The notes beneath the pieces were generated by a model. The model saw nothing but the letters and a program-made list of their open reading frames with translations, was not told the origin of the DNA and did no database searches. 64,000 nt of DNA from Camelus ferus (lineage: Eukaryota): positions 49,540,001 through 49,604,000 of the forward strand of contig NC_045697.1 of the NCBI RefSeq assembly GCF_009834535.1. Reading direction: 5' to 3'. Shown piece after piece: positions 39,877 to 52,778 of the stretch (position 1 is the first letter of the stretch; each line of letters starts with the position of its first letter). The translations under genes and the position numbers were made by a program.

Positions 39877-40342
39877 GGCTCGAAGGGCGAAGGCAAAAGG
39901 GGAAAGGAGGCGAAAGGAGGCCTGTGGCGCGGGTCCGCCCACGCCCCGCCCACAGTACAGGCCCCGCCTCCCGCCGCAAGGACACGCCTCCTGCTCCCGC
40001 CCTTCGCGAGCGGCTCCTGCTGGCCCCAACTACCCACGTGGTCGGAACCCGGCCCTGCAGGCTGGAGAGGATTTAGATAGTGTAAGCGTTTCGGCTTGCA
40101 GGGGTGTTTAGTTGTCGCCGAGCGAGACTTTACTGCAAGCTCTCAAATCTGGAGTCGTATTTTGTTGAGTCGAAAGTGAAATTTTCCTTCGGCCGACGTG
40201 ACAGGTAAGGGGTCCAGGCCCCTGGGAGGTTTCGTTTGGTTTTGCGGTGTAGCTTTGTGGCCTTCTTATCCCGGTAAATTGCATTTCTTCACAGGGCTTT
40301 GTTTGGTGGTAAAAAGGGTGCCAGAGTCCCCTCGTTCCACCG

Positions 40343-40356
40343 CCACCGGAGGGCGC
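40343..40356 (+). promoter_or_regulatory. Candidate CTCF site at the island edge
   Basis: CCACCGGAGGGCGC, one mismatch from CCACCAGAGGGCGC. Confidence 0.45.
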
Positions 40357-40849
40357 ATTTCTCAGCTCTTGCTCTTCAAACCTGCTAAAAGGAATTCCTG
40401 GATATAAACACCAGGTACACCGCTAATTTTCAAGTAGTGAGGAGGAAACCAAGAGAACCCTGCATTTAGCTTACTAGAGAAAACACATTGATCTGCACTG
40501 TCAGTTTGGCAGTTAGTAGCATGATGTTCTTAACTCTAAACCCCTACATTTTGAGTTTTTTATTTAACATGAAAAATCTCATTTTTCGTATCACTATGCC
40601 TTGTGTCTTTCGAAATGACAGTGCCAGGTACAAATGCCTATGGCGTAGTTTGTAAATGTCTTGAACCTAAAAAGCGCAGGATCTCGTTAGCTAACTGATT
40701 CATACACCTCTCCACACGGATGTTTCACAGATCTCAGATACCCCAGCGTCCTTTAAAGAAAAAAAAATCAGTATGCTTCTTCTCTGTGCCCTGCCTGGCT
40801 CATTTGTACCATGAGCTAAATAATTGCCTAAGCTAGAAGGGGGAAGCTG

Positions 40850-41430
40850 GGAGAAATCTGAAACTCTGGATTTCACCCCCATATGTCCAGTAGTCAAGCC
40901 CTATCATGTCTATTTATAGAATATATCTCAAATAGGTCTCTGCTCTCCATCCTCTCTGCCTCTGACATGGTTTATCTTCTCATCATTTTCCACCAAGATT
41001 GCACCAATAGCTTCCTAACTAGTTTGTCTGCATTCAAGCCCTGGCTTCCTTCCACTTCAGTCTCCAGTCCACCCTTGGGTGAGCCTAACAATGACAAAAC
41101 ATCTGTCCTTGTTGGTCTTCTTAAAAATCCTCCAGTCGTTGCCCATTCTCTCGGTAATAAAATCCCAACTCCTTAGCTTGGTGTACAAGCCTGTTAATGC
41201 TCTGGCTCTTCTTTCCTGTCTTTCTTGTTTCTGCCTCCCCCACAGACTCTGGATGTATGCTTGGATATGCTCTTCCCCTCCCTCCACTTCATCAAGGAAA
41301 CTCCTGCTAGTTTCTTACGACTTAACTCTGACATCTTCTGAAAGCTCTCCCTGAAATCCAGATACATGTGTATATGTTAGCACTTTGCAGTTGTTGATAT
41401 GTAGGAAGCTCTCAGTAAATGCCTGTTGAG
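40850..41430 (+). mobile_element. L2 3' remnant
   Basis: attgcaccaatagcttcctaact; ends ctcagtaaatgcctgttga. Confidence 0.65.
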
Positions 41431-42524
41431 CTGGACTGTTAAGGGCATGACTCTGTTATTCATTTTTATGTCTCTGTGGCTTAGCATTGTCTCCTAAAAG
41501 GTGAAATTGATGGATACATGAAATAAACACTACAGGATATATGAAATATTATGCTGAGGAGGAAGGTCCTTTTTTCATCTGTAAGGAGGGATTGTAGCTA
41601 CATATCACAAAGGCTATGGTGCAAGTTCCTTTCCCAGTGCCAAGGTTTTAAGCCTGAGTGACTTGGAGAATGGTGGGGATCATACTGTCAAAAATACTGT
41701 ACGCTAAGCATTGTCCTCTACTTTAAAACTAGACACTTGACATTTTGCTTCAGACATTTTCCATGGGGGCATTTTGTTGCAGCCTAAAAACAGTAACGAA
41801 TAAATGCTCAGGATTTTTATTTCCAGGTAATGTGTGCAAAGAACTTCATCCAGTCCTTAAGCCTCACCTTCTCCCTGTGCCCCGACTCTATCCCATTATC
41901 AGGGATAAAGCTCTGAGATAGAGTGGGGCTCATGGATGTCTATTACATGTATTATTTGGTAATAAAAAGCAGTGCCTTTACATTTTAGCAGACTTGTTTT
42001 AAGGCACCCGTTTTTTTAACTTGCCCAGCTTTGTTTTAAATTTTGTTGAGTGTAGTAAGTCACTAACAGCATATGTACTATGAATTTCCCCTTCATTTGA
42101 CCTGGTTTCTTCCCTACCAGCATCCACTCATCAGAAAGGACCGTGGGCAGGAGGGATGGTTAGTTTGGTGCAGAGGAGATGAGGGTGGAGTCCCCAGACT
42201 TCCCCTTGACCTCACAGTCTTACCTCTCTCCTGATGTCTGGGAAGGGGTGGAGCTGCTCGCCACTTCCAGGGTCAAGAGGAGGCAGAGAGGGTACAGTGG
42301 CTAATTTTTACCCTCAGGTGGGGTCTGAAAGGGGAGCAGAGGCATCATCACTCTGGAACAGCCATGAAATTAACTCAAAAGAGAAAGGAGATTACATACA
42401 AATCTACTTCCACTGATTTTATAGAGAAAAGTCAAGAGACCTTGTCTTGTTCCTATTTCTACCCTTTAATCAAATCATCTAGCATAATTCCTTGAACATG
42501 GCAGATGCTCAAGAACCATTTCTT

Positions 42525-42757
42525 GTTTTTTTTGGGGGGGGTAATATTTATTTATTTTGTTTATTATCATCATTATTTTTTATTTAATGGAGATATTGGG
42601 GATCAAACCCACCACTGAATACTAAGCATGCTCTCTCCCCCATAAGAGACGGATTTTTTTGTTGTTTATTTATTTATTTTGATGGAGGTACTGGGGATTG
42701 AACCCAGGCCCTTATGCATGCTAATCATGAATTCTACCACTGAGCTATACCCTCCCT
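42525..42757 (-). mobile_element. Two head-to-tail Vic-1-like SINE monomers within one TSD
   Basis: Perfect 14-bp TSD aagaaccatttctt at 42511-42524 and 42758-42771. Confidence 0.85.
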
Positions 42758-43333
42758 AAGAACCATTTCTTAAATAAAGGAAAACATGAAAAATTGTGAC
42801 TGCCTGACTTACGCCATTATACTTCTAATTTTCACAACGCTAAATGTTTAGTATACGAATGCCATGAACCATTGAAATATATATAATGCAAAATTTTTTA
42901 ATTTGTGTAAATAAAAACGATTTTTCTGACAACTAACAAAGTTTATTGGTTTGAAATCCATTTTTAAAATTGCTTCCTTACGTGCATTGCTCTTCCTAGA
43001 AAAAACTTTCTTTACCCCCCCAAAATAAATAAATAAAATAAAAATTGCCTCCATACAATCCCCTATTTCAGGGGCTCTCTTCAGTGGCCCATTTTCCACA
43101 TCCTTTCTTACTTTCTAGTGGCAAACTCAACAATAACATTGAAATATCATTGCATAAGATTGTTTTTTGGATGTGGCAGGGGTAGTGATAGGGTAGAATG
43201 TTGTCCATACCTGCTTACAAGGATGAATAGAAGTGATAATCTATGTTTGAAATATATCACATACAGGTTTTTAAAGGCTAGTTACTAGAAAGTCAGGGTT
43301 CAAAAATATTGTTGATAAAATTATGCATTACTA

Positions 43334-43468
43334 GGGGGGGAGGATATAGATCAGTGGTAACATGCATGCCCAGAGTGCATGCGGTCCTGGGTTCAATCCC
43401 CAGTGCCTCCATCAAAAAAATAATAAATAAATAAACCTAATTACTAGCCCCCCCAATTTTTTTTAAAG
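43334..43468 (+). mobile_element. tRNA-derived SINE (Vic-1-like)
   Basis: A and B boxes; TSD ttatgcattacta. Confidence 0.9.
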
Positions 43469-43982
43469 TTATGCATTACTATCCATTCCCCAAACAACAC
43501 ACAGCAAAATAAGTTGATAATGATGAAGCAACAATTGAAATTCATAACCAATCAATAATAACAATATCAAACACATGTGTATTCTTTCTTTGCTAGACTC
43601 TGTTCAAGGGGCTTTACATTAAATGTTGAATTAATCCTCACAACAGCCCTAGGAGGTGGGTAGTGTTAATAGCCCCATTTTTCAGATGGCGAAACAGGCA
43701 GAGTAACTTGCGTGATGTACAGCGAGGAAGTGGCAGATCTGCGACATCAGTTGGCATTCTGGCTCCAGAGCCTGTGCTCTCATGTACTGTGCTATCTGAT
43801 CCCTCTAGACTCAAGGCAGTGATCATGCACTAAGTAGAAAAGTGGTCTACAAGCCCCTGTCTGGCCCCTGTCTCCCTCACTTCATCTGCTATTTTCCTTC
43901 CACTCCAGCGACACTGGCTTCCCAGTGTTTCTGAAATTTGCTTTTCCTTCACGGCCTTTGCACTTGTTCTTTCCTATATTTT

Positions 43983-44087
43983 GTTGTTTGTTGTTGTTGT
44001 TAATGGAGGAACTGGGGACTGAACCCAGGACCTTGTGCATGCTGAGCACAAACTCTACCACTGAGCTCTACCACCCCTCCCTGCCCC
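43983..44087 (-). mobile_element. tRNA-derived SINE (Vic-1-like) within L2
   Basis: ctctaccactgagct; gaacccaggacc; TSD ttcct(a/g)tatttt. Confidence 0.88.
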
Positions 44088-44286
44088 TTCCTGTATTTTG
44101 GATGCTTGCTACTCTACCCACATAGAGAAATGGCTCACTTCCTCACCTTATTTAAGTCTGCTTATATGTTACTTAGGTCTCTCCTGACTGTTCTAAGTTG
44201 AAGCCTCCCCATACTCCTCCCTCTGCTCTGCTTATTTCTATCACACTATCAGTCTGCTCCGTTGTTCTCCCGTATAGATTATTTCC

Positions 44287-44459
44287 CCATATTTCATCAG
44301 ATCTAAGATGCCATCAAGTGTACCTCAGAGAAATGAAAAAAAAAAAAAAAAAAAAAAAACCCTTGCCAATTATGAGATACCATCTACCAAAAGATGCACC
44401 CCAATTTTAGGTTTCATAAAATGTGAAGAAATTTTCATCGTGGGATTAACAGAATATAG
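44287..44459. mobile_element. TcMar-type MITE (MER104-like) with internal poly(A)
   Basis: Starts ccatatttcatcagatctaagatgcc, with a decayed inverted terminus at the right end. Confidence 0.5.
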
Positions 44460-47400
44460 TATGTATTTTACATCTTTATCTTGTTTATTGTATGTTTCCC
44501 CACCATCACCAGAAGGTAAACCTATAAGGGTAGGGATTTCAGTCCTTTTGTAAGTTGCTCTATCTTCAGTGTTTAGCACCACATCTGACACATACCACTT
44601 GGTAGCTCTCTAATGGATGAATGAATTCCACGAATGAGAAAATTCCCACTTTCAGCTTATACGCCTGGGAGCAGAAATTCCTCAGTACTGCTGCATCGTG
44701 TGGCCACCAGACTTCCTCAGTAGAGTCTGAATCAGGGTCCTCAGAAAATATTATAAACTAGTTTTAGTTTATGACTATTCTGTTGGCCTTCAATGACCAA
44801 CTTAGTGATTAGCCTTTAGTCTTCTGTAAAGGTGAATATCTGTGGAAGGATGGACTTAATTTTTAGGATCAGATAGCAGCCCATTAGGAAAACCATCTCA
44901 ACCTCCCAGTGGCCAGCTCACCTTGGTCTGAAATTCATTACACTAATGCAGCTGTTGTCATCATCACTGACTCCTATTACTACTTCTTTTTAAGACAGAT
45001 CATACATTCACATGATTAAAATATAAAGTACACAAAGGGTGTTTAGCAAAAAGTTCTCCCTACTGTTCCTTGGCCCCCCAGGCAATTAATAGAAATAATT
45101 CTTGTTTATTCTTCCAGATATATGTATATGTTATTTCTCTCTTTTAATAACACAAATAAATACAGCACATTGTACACATTGTTCCATACCTTACTTTTTC
45201 CCACTTAATACATCTTGGAAATTGTTACATATAAGAAGGGGTATTTGTCATCCTTTCCATGAAGTGCTTTTAAAATATTGTTTAAAGCCCTAAGAATTCT
45301 TTGGAAGAGGAGGGTGCAAGAAAGTAGGTTCTGGGCCCCCCATCCTGCTCCATTTGATCGATTTCATTGGTTTATACTTTCTATTTCCTTTGAACAAAAA
45401 GATTCGGAGACTAAAATGTTGGACAGCCACCTCTCTTAGATGTGAAACGTGACCAAGGCAGGGACTTGGAATAGTTAAGTAGTCTCACATGCTCTAGAGT
45501 ACAGGATTCAAATTCCTGTTCTACCTGTTTTGAGAACAGTAATAATACCCTCCTCATGTGGTTGTCAGGATTCTTTTAGATAATAGCTTTAATGTGCTTA
45601 GTACTTTAGTACATGAAACCGAGTAAGTACTCAATAAAGGTTACAGTGGAGACCCACACATCTTTGGTGTGTATCATCAGTTTCTTAACAACCGAACATT
45701 TAAAGATATTACCCTGTAATAGTACTCAACTCAAACTTTATTGGCTCATGTTACTGAAAATTCTGTTAATTCAGAGATGCCTTAATCTGGGGCATTTCAA
45801 GGTAATCTCTTCAGCATCTGGGCTTTCATTGTATCTGGACTCTGCTCTTTATATTGGTTTCTTTCTCTGACTCCATACAAGGGCAAGATGGCTGTCAGTT
45901 CCTGCAGTCCTGTAGTCTCCCAGGACCAAGTTCATGGAGGGCGACTCCTAACCTCTCTCCCTAGTATCCCAGCAAAAATCCTTTTATGATTCATTGGATC
46001 TTACAGTGGCACATGCCCATGTGTCTGGTCCATTCCTACAGTCCTGTGTGTGAGATGCTCTGATTGGCTTTGATTCATATGCCCACCTCTAAAACAAGCA
46101 CTGGGAGTCCTCCCCTCATCTCAAAGCACATGGCATTAAGAACAGGGGAACAGGGACTTTCTTCAAAAGAAAGCTGGGATACTGTGCCAGGAGAAAGTTT
46201 ATCAGGATAGGAAAGACAATAGATGCTCACTATATCCCCTCATAGACTTGACTGCTTGCCATTTTTTTTAAGAATGTTTTTTCCAGTAGTGCCACTAGTA
46301 TTTGCTAATATCAGTTCTGTTCTGCAAAAAGTTCAGAAGATCATGTTGTAGTATTTAATAAAATAATTTTACATTGCTTCGTATTTATATCTGCAAACAA
46401 AGCTCTACCTACAGCCTCTTTTAAAAAAGTACAGTAAACCTGTGTTTCCATTCTATGGAATGGAATAATAATAAATAAAAAATATAAAATAAATGTATTT
46501 ATGTAAATTTATTACAATAAATAAATAAGAAATAAAAACAATCAAGAGGATTGCTTACTTATGAAACACCTAAATTAACAAATCCCATTTTTCAGTTCCA
46601 AAGAACTTTTTATAAGACTGTTTATTGAGGGACAAATTTATCAGATCCAGGCCCTGGCACTCTATGCCCTGTGGAAAATTTGTGGACCCTCCACACCCAC
46701 CGTGTTCTCCCTGCCCCACAACTAGTGAAACAGGCAGGTCCTGAAGAGCCAGGATGGGGTTGAAGGTTTTACCTTCCCATTCCACAGCTAGACCAAGTCC
46801 TTTGAAGTTCCCATTACTGAGTGATGCCAAGATTCCATGGAAGCTTAAGATGACATTATGGAGTCATTGCCACCTTCACCAGCAATCCTTGTTCCCAGAG
46901 CAAGTTGCAGCTGATCTGTCTCACTGACCTGAGTCTGTGGCCAAGTGAGTCCAAAAGCAGGGGACTCTGTAGGCTATCTCATGAGAGGACAGGCTGTCAG
47001 TGCAGATGGGGCCTCCAGCAGGATGCAAGCTGAGCTGGACGGGAACTATTCAAAGCCAGGTCAGACCTCCCAGGTCCCCTCTCTCCCCTGTTCCAGTTCT
47101 TTAATGATGTGGACTGTAAGGAACCAAAGGCCTGTGATTGGTGAGTACACTGTACGAATAATTGGGATGGGTGCAATAACTTGTAAATATTAGGTGGAGG
47201 GTCCAGAACTGGCATACAGTTTGAGGAGAGAAAAGGGAGTTGGGTGTGGACATAATTGTCTGCTAGCAGCTCAGGAGTCCCTGGGGTAGAGAAATGAAAG
47301 ATGAGCTCATGAGCACGAAGAGGCAAAGCAGAGAAGACTGCTGTTTGGCTTGACTGTTCCCTGATGCTGCGTTGCCCAGGGTCCTCACACACCGCACGAA

Positions 47401-48869
47401 TCGTGGGTAGTATAAAGAGCTGCAAGAGCTCCAGCTTACTCTCCCCACTACCCTCTCCCCACCGCCAATACCCGTATACACACATGGCCCTTCCAGGGCA
47501 CAGCCACAGTCTGACTCCAAAGTGGCCCAGACCCAAGTCCTTAAACTGCTCCCTTTCTTCCAGTGTTCATAGTGTATCTTAAATAGCTCAGAATCCAAGG
47601 TCTCAGTGGGCCATTGCCATAGCCAGTCTCCTTCCTGTGAGGGTGCTGCTATGTAGGTCTGGTACAAGAGCATCTGGGTCGAAGCAAAACGACTCTACTG
47701 GTATTTTGGTACTTATTTCATAGTATAATAAATATTAAGATCTTTGTTTTTTTTAAAGCTTAAAATTCATCCCATTTAAAACAAATCAATGAAACTACAT
47801 ATTTAACACCTTTCATTTTAAGAGAATAAGTGATTCCAAATTCTGTTGTGTCCTTCAACTTCAGAAGAGTTGCACAGCTAATGGGTTGGTTGGACCTGGA
47901 TTCAGTGCCTTCCTGTAATTTTCACTCTTCTGCCTGGAGTTTTTAGAACCTTGGCCTGTAGGTAGCTACTCAGCTCTGGCCAGAGACTCAGGCTCCCTGT
48001 GTTTTGTTTTTCCCTGCCATTTTAGGAAGGATGGTACTTCTTGTGGGCTAGCTCCTGCCTTCCCCAGCAGAATGAGCCACTTGGAGCTTTTCTCCCCAAA
48101 TCCATACTCAGCCCCTCCCTGTTTTTGGGAAGTGGAGGGGGAGATGGAGTTGCAGGAGCTGATTGATAAAGAGAGATTAGAAGGGCTTCTTATGAAGGAG
48201 AGAAGAGGCAGAAGAAGGGGAGAGTGGTGAGAGAGATACAAGAAACTGAATGAAACTGCTGACTAATATCTGCAGCCAGAGTATTTTACCCACATAAATA
48301 CAGCTTTTTTTTTTTTTAACCATACTTAAAAATAGCCTGGGATAACAGAATACTGAAAACAGATGTGCTTGGTTTCCTGAACTACTGATTCAGCAAATAT
48401 TTGAGTCTCTGTTCTCATTGCCAGGCTCTGCTATAGGTTCTTTGCTTGTGTATGTCATAGTGGAGTGCTAAAATTCTTACTCCTCTTTCATAGAGAGCGA
48501 AGCCAGGGCTTCAGCATGATATAGACCATAAGGGTATGTTTTATTTGCAAACCTATACAAAACTGGGTTTTCATTCTAGTCCAGACACTTTTGAATGGTG
48601 TAGCCTTGGGCAAATTACTTAACTTTGCTATATCCATTTTGATTACCTTGCCTTGTCACAGAAAACCCAAGAATGCCATAAAACAAATTGTCTGGGATCT
48701 AAGCTGGAATCTTTCTGCTCAGCCATCCTTGACTTGAGTCTTTCCTCGTAGTTGCTACAAGCTGGTTGCTTCCTCTCCAGTATTGCACCTTATCTGGAAA
48801 GAAAGAAGGGCAAAAGTCAAGGTCAAAATTTATCTATCAACTGATACCCACCCCCAACTCTTTTACTCT

Positions 48870-49720
48870 TGTAACTTTTCTTTTGAACTAATTTTAGAAT
48901 TGCAGAGAGTTTGCAAAAGTTGTACTAAGAATTCCCATATATTCTTCACCCAGATTCCTCAGACGTTAACATTTTACCCCAATTATTTCATCATTTTTTT
49001 TCTCTTGAAGTATATATTTTTTTCTCTGAATGTGTAGGCATGATGTACCTTTACCCCTTACATACTTCAGTGTCTAATTCCTAACAATGAAAACATTTTC
49101 TTAAGTAACACAGTGCAGTGATCAAAACCAGAAAATTAACTCCAATAATGTTGCAGTTATCTAATCTACAGACCTTATTTACATTTTCGCTAGGAGTCCC
49201 AATTTTCCTTTTTAGGGAAAACAAATTTTTTTTTTCATGCCCAGCATCCAAACCAGGATTACATACTGCATTTAGATGTTGTATCTCTACAGTTGCCTTT
49301 AATCTAGAATAATTCCTCTGTCTTTGTCTTTTATGATTTTGATATTTTGAAGAGTACGTTGTCAGTTTTTAATAGAATGCTCCTCAGTTCAGGTTTGTGT
49401 GATCTTCCTGATTAGGTTCTGATTGTGCATCTTTGGCATCTTTGCTAGGAACATCGCAGAAGTGCTGTCCTTCTCCCAGTGCATTATCTCCGGAGGTACG
49501 CAACATTTATTTGTCCCATTATTGGCGATATTAATTTTGGTCATTTGTTTAAGGTGTTGTCTGCCAAACTTCTCCACTGCACAGTTAACTGTTCTTCCCT
49601 TTGTAATCAATAAGTATCATTTTATCATTTATTAAGACTGATAAATATCCTGTGTCTCATCAAACTTTCACCATTCAGTTTTAGCATCTGGTTGTATTCT
49701 TACCTGAATCAATGGTAGTT
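48870..49720 (-). mobile_element. L1MC/ME-type 3'UTR remnant
   Basis: ttcacccagattcc; tatctaatctacagacctt; tgccaaacttctccactg. Confidence 0.75.
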
Positions 49721-51521
49721 ACCAGTCTGCCATTCTTATAAAAAGGTTTCCAGGAAGTTCTATCTTTCAACTTCTACCTATTTTGTGAAGGACTGTGTCC
49801 AACCTTTACAGGAGTGCCTGGGAAATGCATTATTATATATAATTTTGTTTTGGTATCAGTATATTGCTACCCACAGTAAAATTGGGGTTCGCTTATTAAA
49901 GAGGAGAGAATAAAAACTTACTGCAATTTGCCAACCCAATAGCATCACTGTTAGGATGAAATTAAATAATGCTTGTGAAACATCTACCAAGGAGCCTGAA
50001 ACATGGTTGATACTTTAAAATATCCTTCCCCAACCTGCAGGAACAGGGTTTTGTTTATTTGTTTTGTTTTGTTGATCACTTATGGTCATGTAGCTAGTGA
50101 ATAGCAGAACATGTCTGCAAACCCTAGTCTGGTCCCTACACAAAAGTTTCCTTTTGCTGGTTCTATTTTCTCCTAAATCTTTTGACATCTTTTCTGCTAT
50201 ATGATTAAAACCATCTCTATATTGTATTCTACACAACTGTTGTAGAATTGTTCTGTTTACTAGATGAAGATGATGATGATAACATTATGTTTATACTAAA
50301 TAAATAAAAACTTGACTTAAATTTCTTTATATTTGGGCACGTTCCCCTCCTTATAGTCCAAGGCATTTGTTCTCTTTTGAGGCAGTGGCTATTAATTCCT
50401 CCAGGGCTTATAATCTGGTAAGACCTGGGAGAGGAAAATGTCAGAATAATGGCGTTTGCTCACCCTTCTAAATAAACACAACCACGTGTTTTATTGATTC
50501 TTCACAGTTTTTAAAGTATTTAACAAAAAGGGAGAATTGTAAAACTCTTGTCTCCTGCCAATGGCAAGAATTGGAATTTTAAAATTCCGTTGTCACAGAA
50601 TCAGTATGAAAGAACATGAAATTTTAATACCAATTGGCAGCAAAATTTCACTCCATTTAACTCAGAATTTTACAGTGAACATCACGGAATAATAATATCA
50701 GTACATGACAGAAATTTTAAAAATGATAGTATAAAAGTGAAAAATCAGGATACAAAATTATACATACCCAACGATCATAGCTAAGTTTGAAACATGTGTA
50801 GGAAGAAGCCTAGAAGGAAATGTAACAAGATGCGAATTCAGAACAGTTATATTTTGATGGAGGGATATTGGTGATGTTTTCTTCTTGCAGCTGTTCCATA
50901 ATTTCTGCTGGATAAATTTTTCTTTAAAAAAGTGCCTCTTTTTTTTTTTCTCTAAATAATTACAAATAATAGCAAACTTAGAAAAGATATTAAGTAGAAA
51001 CAGTTTTGGAAGAGAAACGTCTGGAGCCCCAACAAAACTGTTAGCTTGCTTTCAAGGAGAGACCCAAGGGGCCCCATAATGCAGCTGGTACCTGAGCCTG
51101 AATTTCATTTCACCCATTTTGGTACCATCTATTTTCTTCCCTCCTTTCTATTCTTTCTTTCCTCTATTCCTTTTACTGTAAGGGAGGTGAAGAGATTATT
51201 AGAGAGAGTGCTTCATACAGTAGAAAGAACATTACAGTTTAAATTCAGATAATCTTTGATTTGAATCTTGGCATCATCACTTATTCGTTGCACAAACATT
51301 AATCGAGCAATTACTATGCTATGTACTGTTGTGGACATTGGAGACTCAGCAGTGATTAAAAACACATGAAATGTGATTAAAGACACATAAAATGTCTGCC
51401 TTTGTGAAACTTCTGTTCTGGTAGGAGTAGACAGTGTGATTTATGAGGTCCTGGAAAGACCCTTGGATCAAAAAATATCTGCCCAACAAATGGTTACAGT
51501 GCATAAAAGTATGCCATGAAG

Positions 51522-51670
51522 CAGGGAGGGTATAGCTCAGTGGTAGAAAGCATGCTTAGCATACACGAGGTCCTGGGTTCAGTCCTCAGTACCTCCATTA
51601 AAATAAATGAGTAAATAAATAAACCCAACCCCCCCACCCCAAACCAAAACAACAACAAAGAAGAAAGGAA
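51522..51670 (+). mobile_element. tRNA-derived SINE (Vic-1-like)
   Basis: gggagggtatagctcagtggtag...; TSD aaaa(g/a)tat(g/c)ccatgaag. Confidence 0.9.
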
Positions 51671-52709
51671 AAAAATATCCCATGAAGGACTGAGCCTTCT
51701 GGATCAACAGACATCTTCTTTTAAGATGCAAATATCAATGCAAAGAGTACATCATCATCAGGCTTAACCAGCCTTTGTGTATTGGTGTGAATCAATTCTG
51801 TCATATACCTCAAGAGCTAAATGGGAGCCATGCTTTGCGAGTATAAACATTTTAACTGAAGAGAGGACCATTAGGTACTGTCTGGAGAGGGTAGATTTGA
51901 GTAGGTTTCAGACTAAGCAGTATGAGGGTCCTGTGGCAGGAGGTAACTTAGGAAAGGCAAGAAAGTTGGAAAAAGAACAGTGGTGTGATTCTGGGAACAG
52001 ATTTCACCCTTAACGTATATTTGTCTTGGGGAAAGATCCTGAAGTCTTCCCAGGTTTAGGTACCTCCCCTTCCCCTTCCTCCTTCCTTTCATAGCCAAGT
52101 TTGTTTGTTTGTTTGTTTTGAAGAGTGCCTTACGACCTGGTTGTTCCTGGGAGATATAGCTGTGGCCTTCCTAAGTCCCTCACATTGTCAAATACCGCTA
52201 GCATGCATCATCTCCCTCACAAAATGATTAAGATGTAAACGAATAAACGAATATTTTAGAAAGGAGTAAAAATCAGTTAACAGCCCCATTGGGGTGCAAA
52301 TGCAGGTCCTTTGATCATGCAGTAGCTTGCCTCTTTCTCACATTTTTAAGTGACCGTGCACTGTCTGTCAGAGACCTCTGGGTCTCTGAAATAACAAAAT
52401 TTGAAACATGTAGATACCGAGCTTTATACTTGCACCTCTGCCTCTACATCCTCCGTCCTCCCTGTGGTTCACTCTTCACCTCAACTGTGATGGTACTTCT
52501 GTTCTTGTTATTCTGAAATTGCATCCTCTAAGGTTGCGGAGAAGTTCTGTGAGAGTCTGAGGTCCCTCCTATTTAAATGAACAGAAAGCCTTGTAAAAGA
52601 ACTCAGGTCAAGGAAGGGTCTACTGTAACTATATAAGGGAATCTTGGAGGAAATCTTCAGGAAGTACAGTCTGGCTTCATGAGAACTGGAGAGTCAACAT
52701 GAGGGTACT

Positions 52710-52744
52710 GTGCGTGCATGTGCGTGTGTGCATGTGTGTGTGAG

Positions 52745-52777
<33 letters not shown>
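52710..52777. repeat. (TG)n / alternating purine-pyrimidine microsatellite
   Basis: tgcgtgcatgtgcgtgtgtg...tgtgtgtgtatgtgta seen directly. Confidence 0.95.

Positions 52778-52778
<1 letters not shown>

Larger units (their letters stand above)
39150..40380. promoter_or_regulatory. CpG island / USO1 promoter and 5'UTR
   Basis: Abrupt GC- and CpG-rich block spanning exon 1 within AT-rich flanks. GC boxes at about 39938-39952 (CCACGCCCCGCCC) and about 39960-39969 (GGCCCCGCCT). No clear TATA box. Confidence 0.93.

Noticed and set aside
39146..40111. Many overlapping 70-150-aa ORFs on both strands
   Set aside because: Expected stop-codon scarcity in a GC-rich island. Only the first 22 codons of 39373..39660 are USO1 coding.
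46945..47673. 179-aa and 136-aa ORFs, with TATAAA at about 47411 and reverse CCAAT motifs
   Set aside because: No recognisable protein or exon structure. May be an old LTR, but I cannot support a call.
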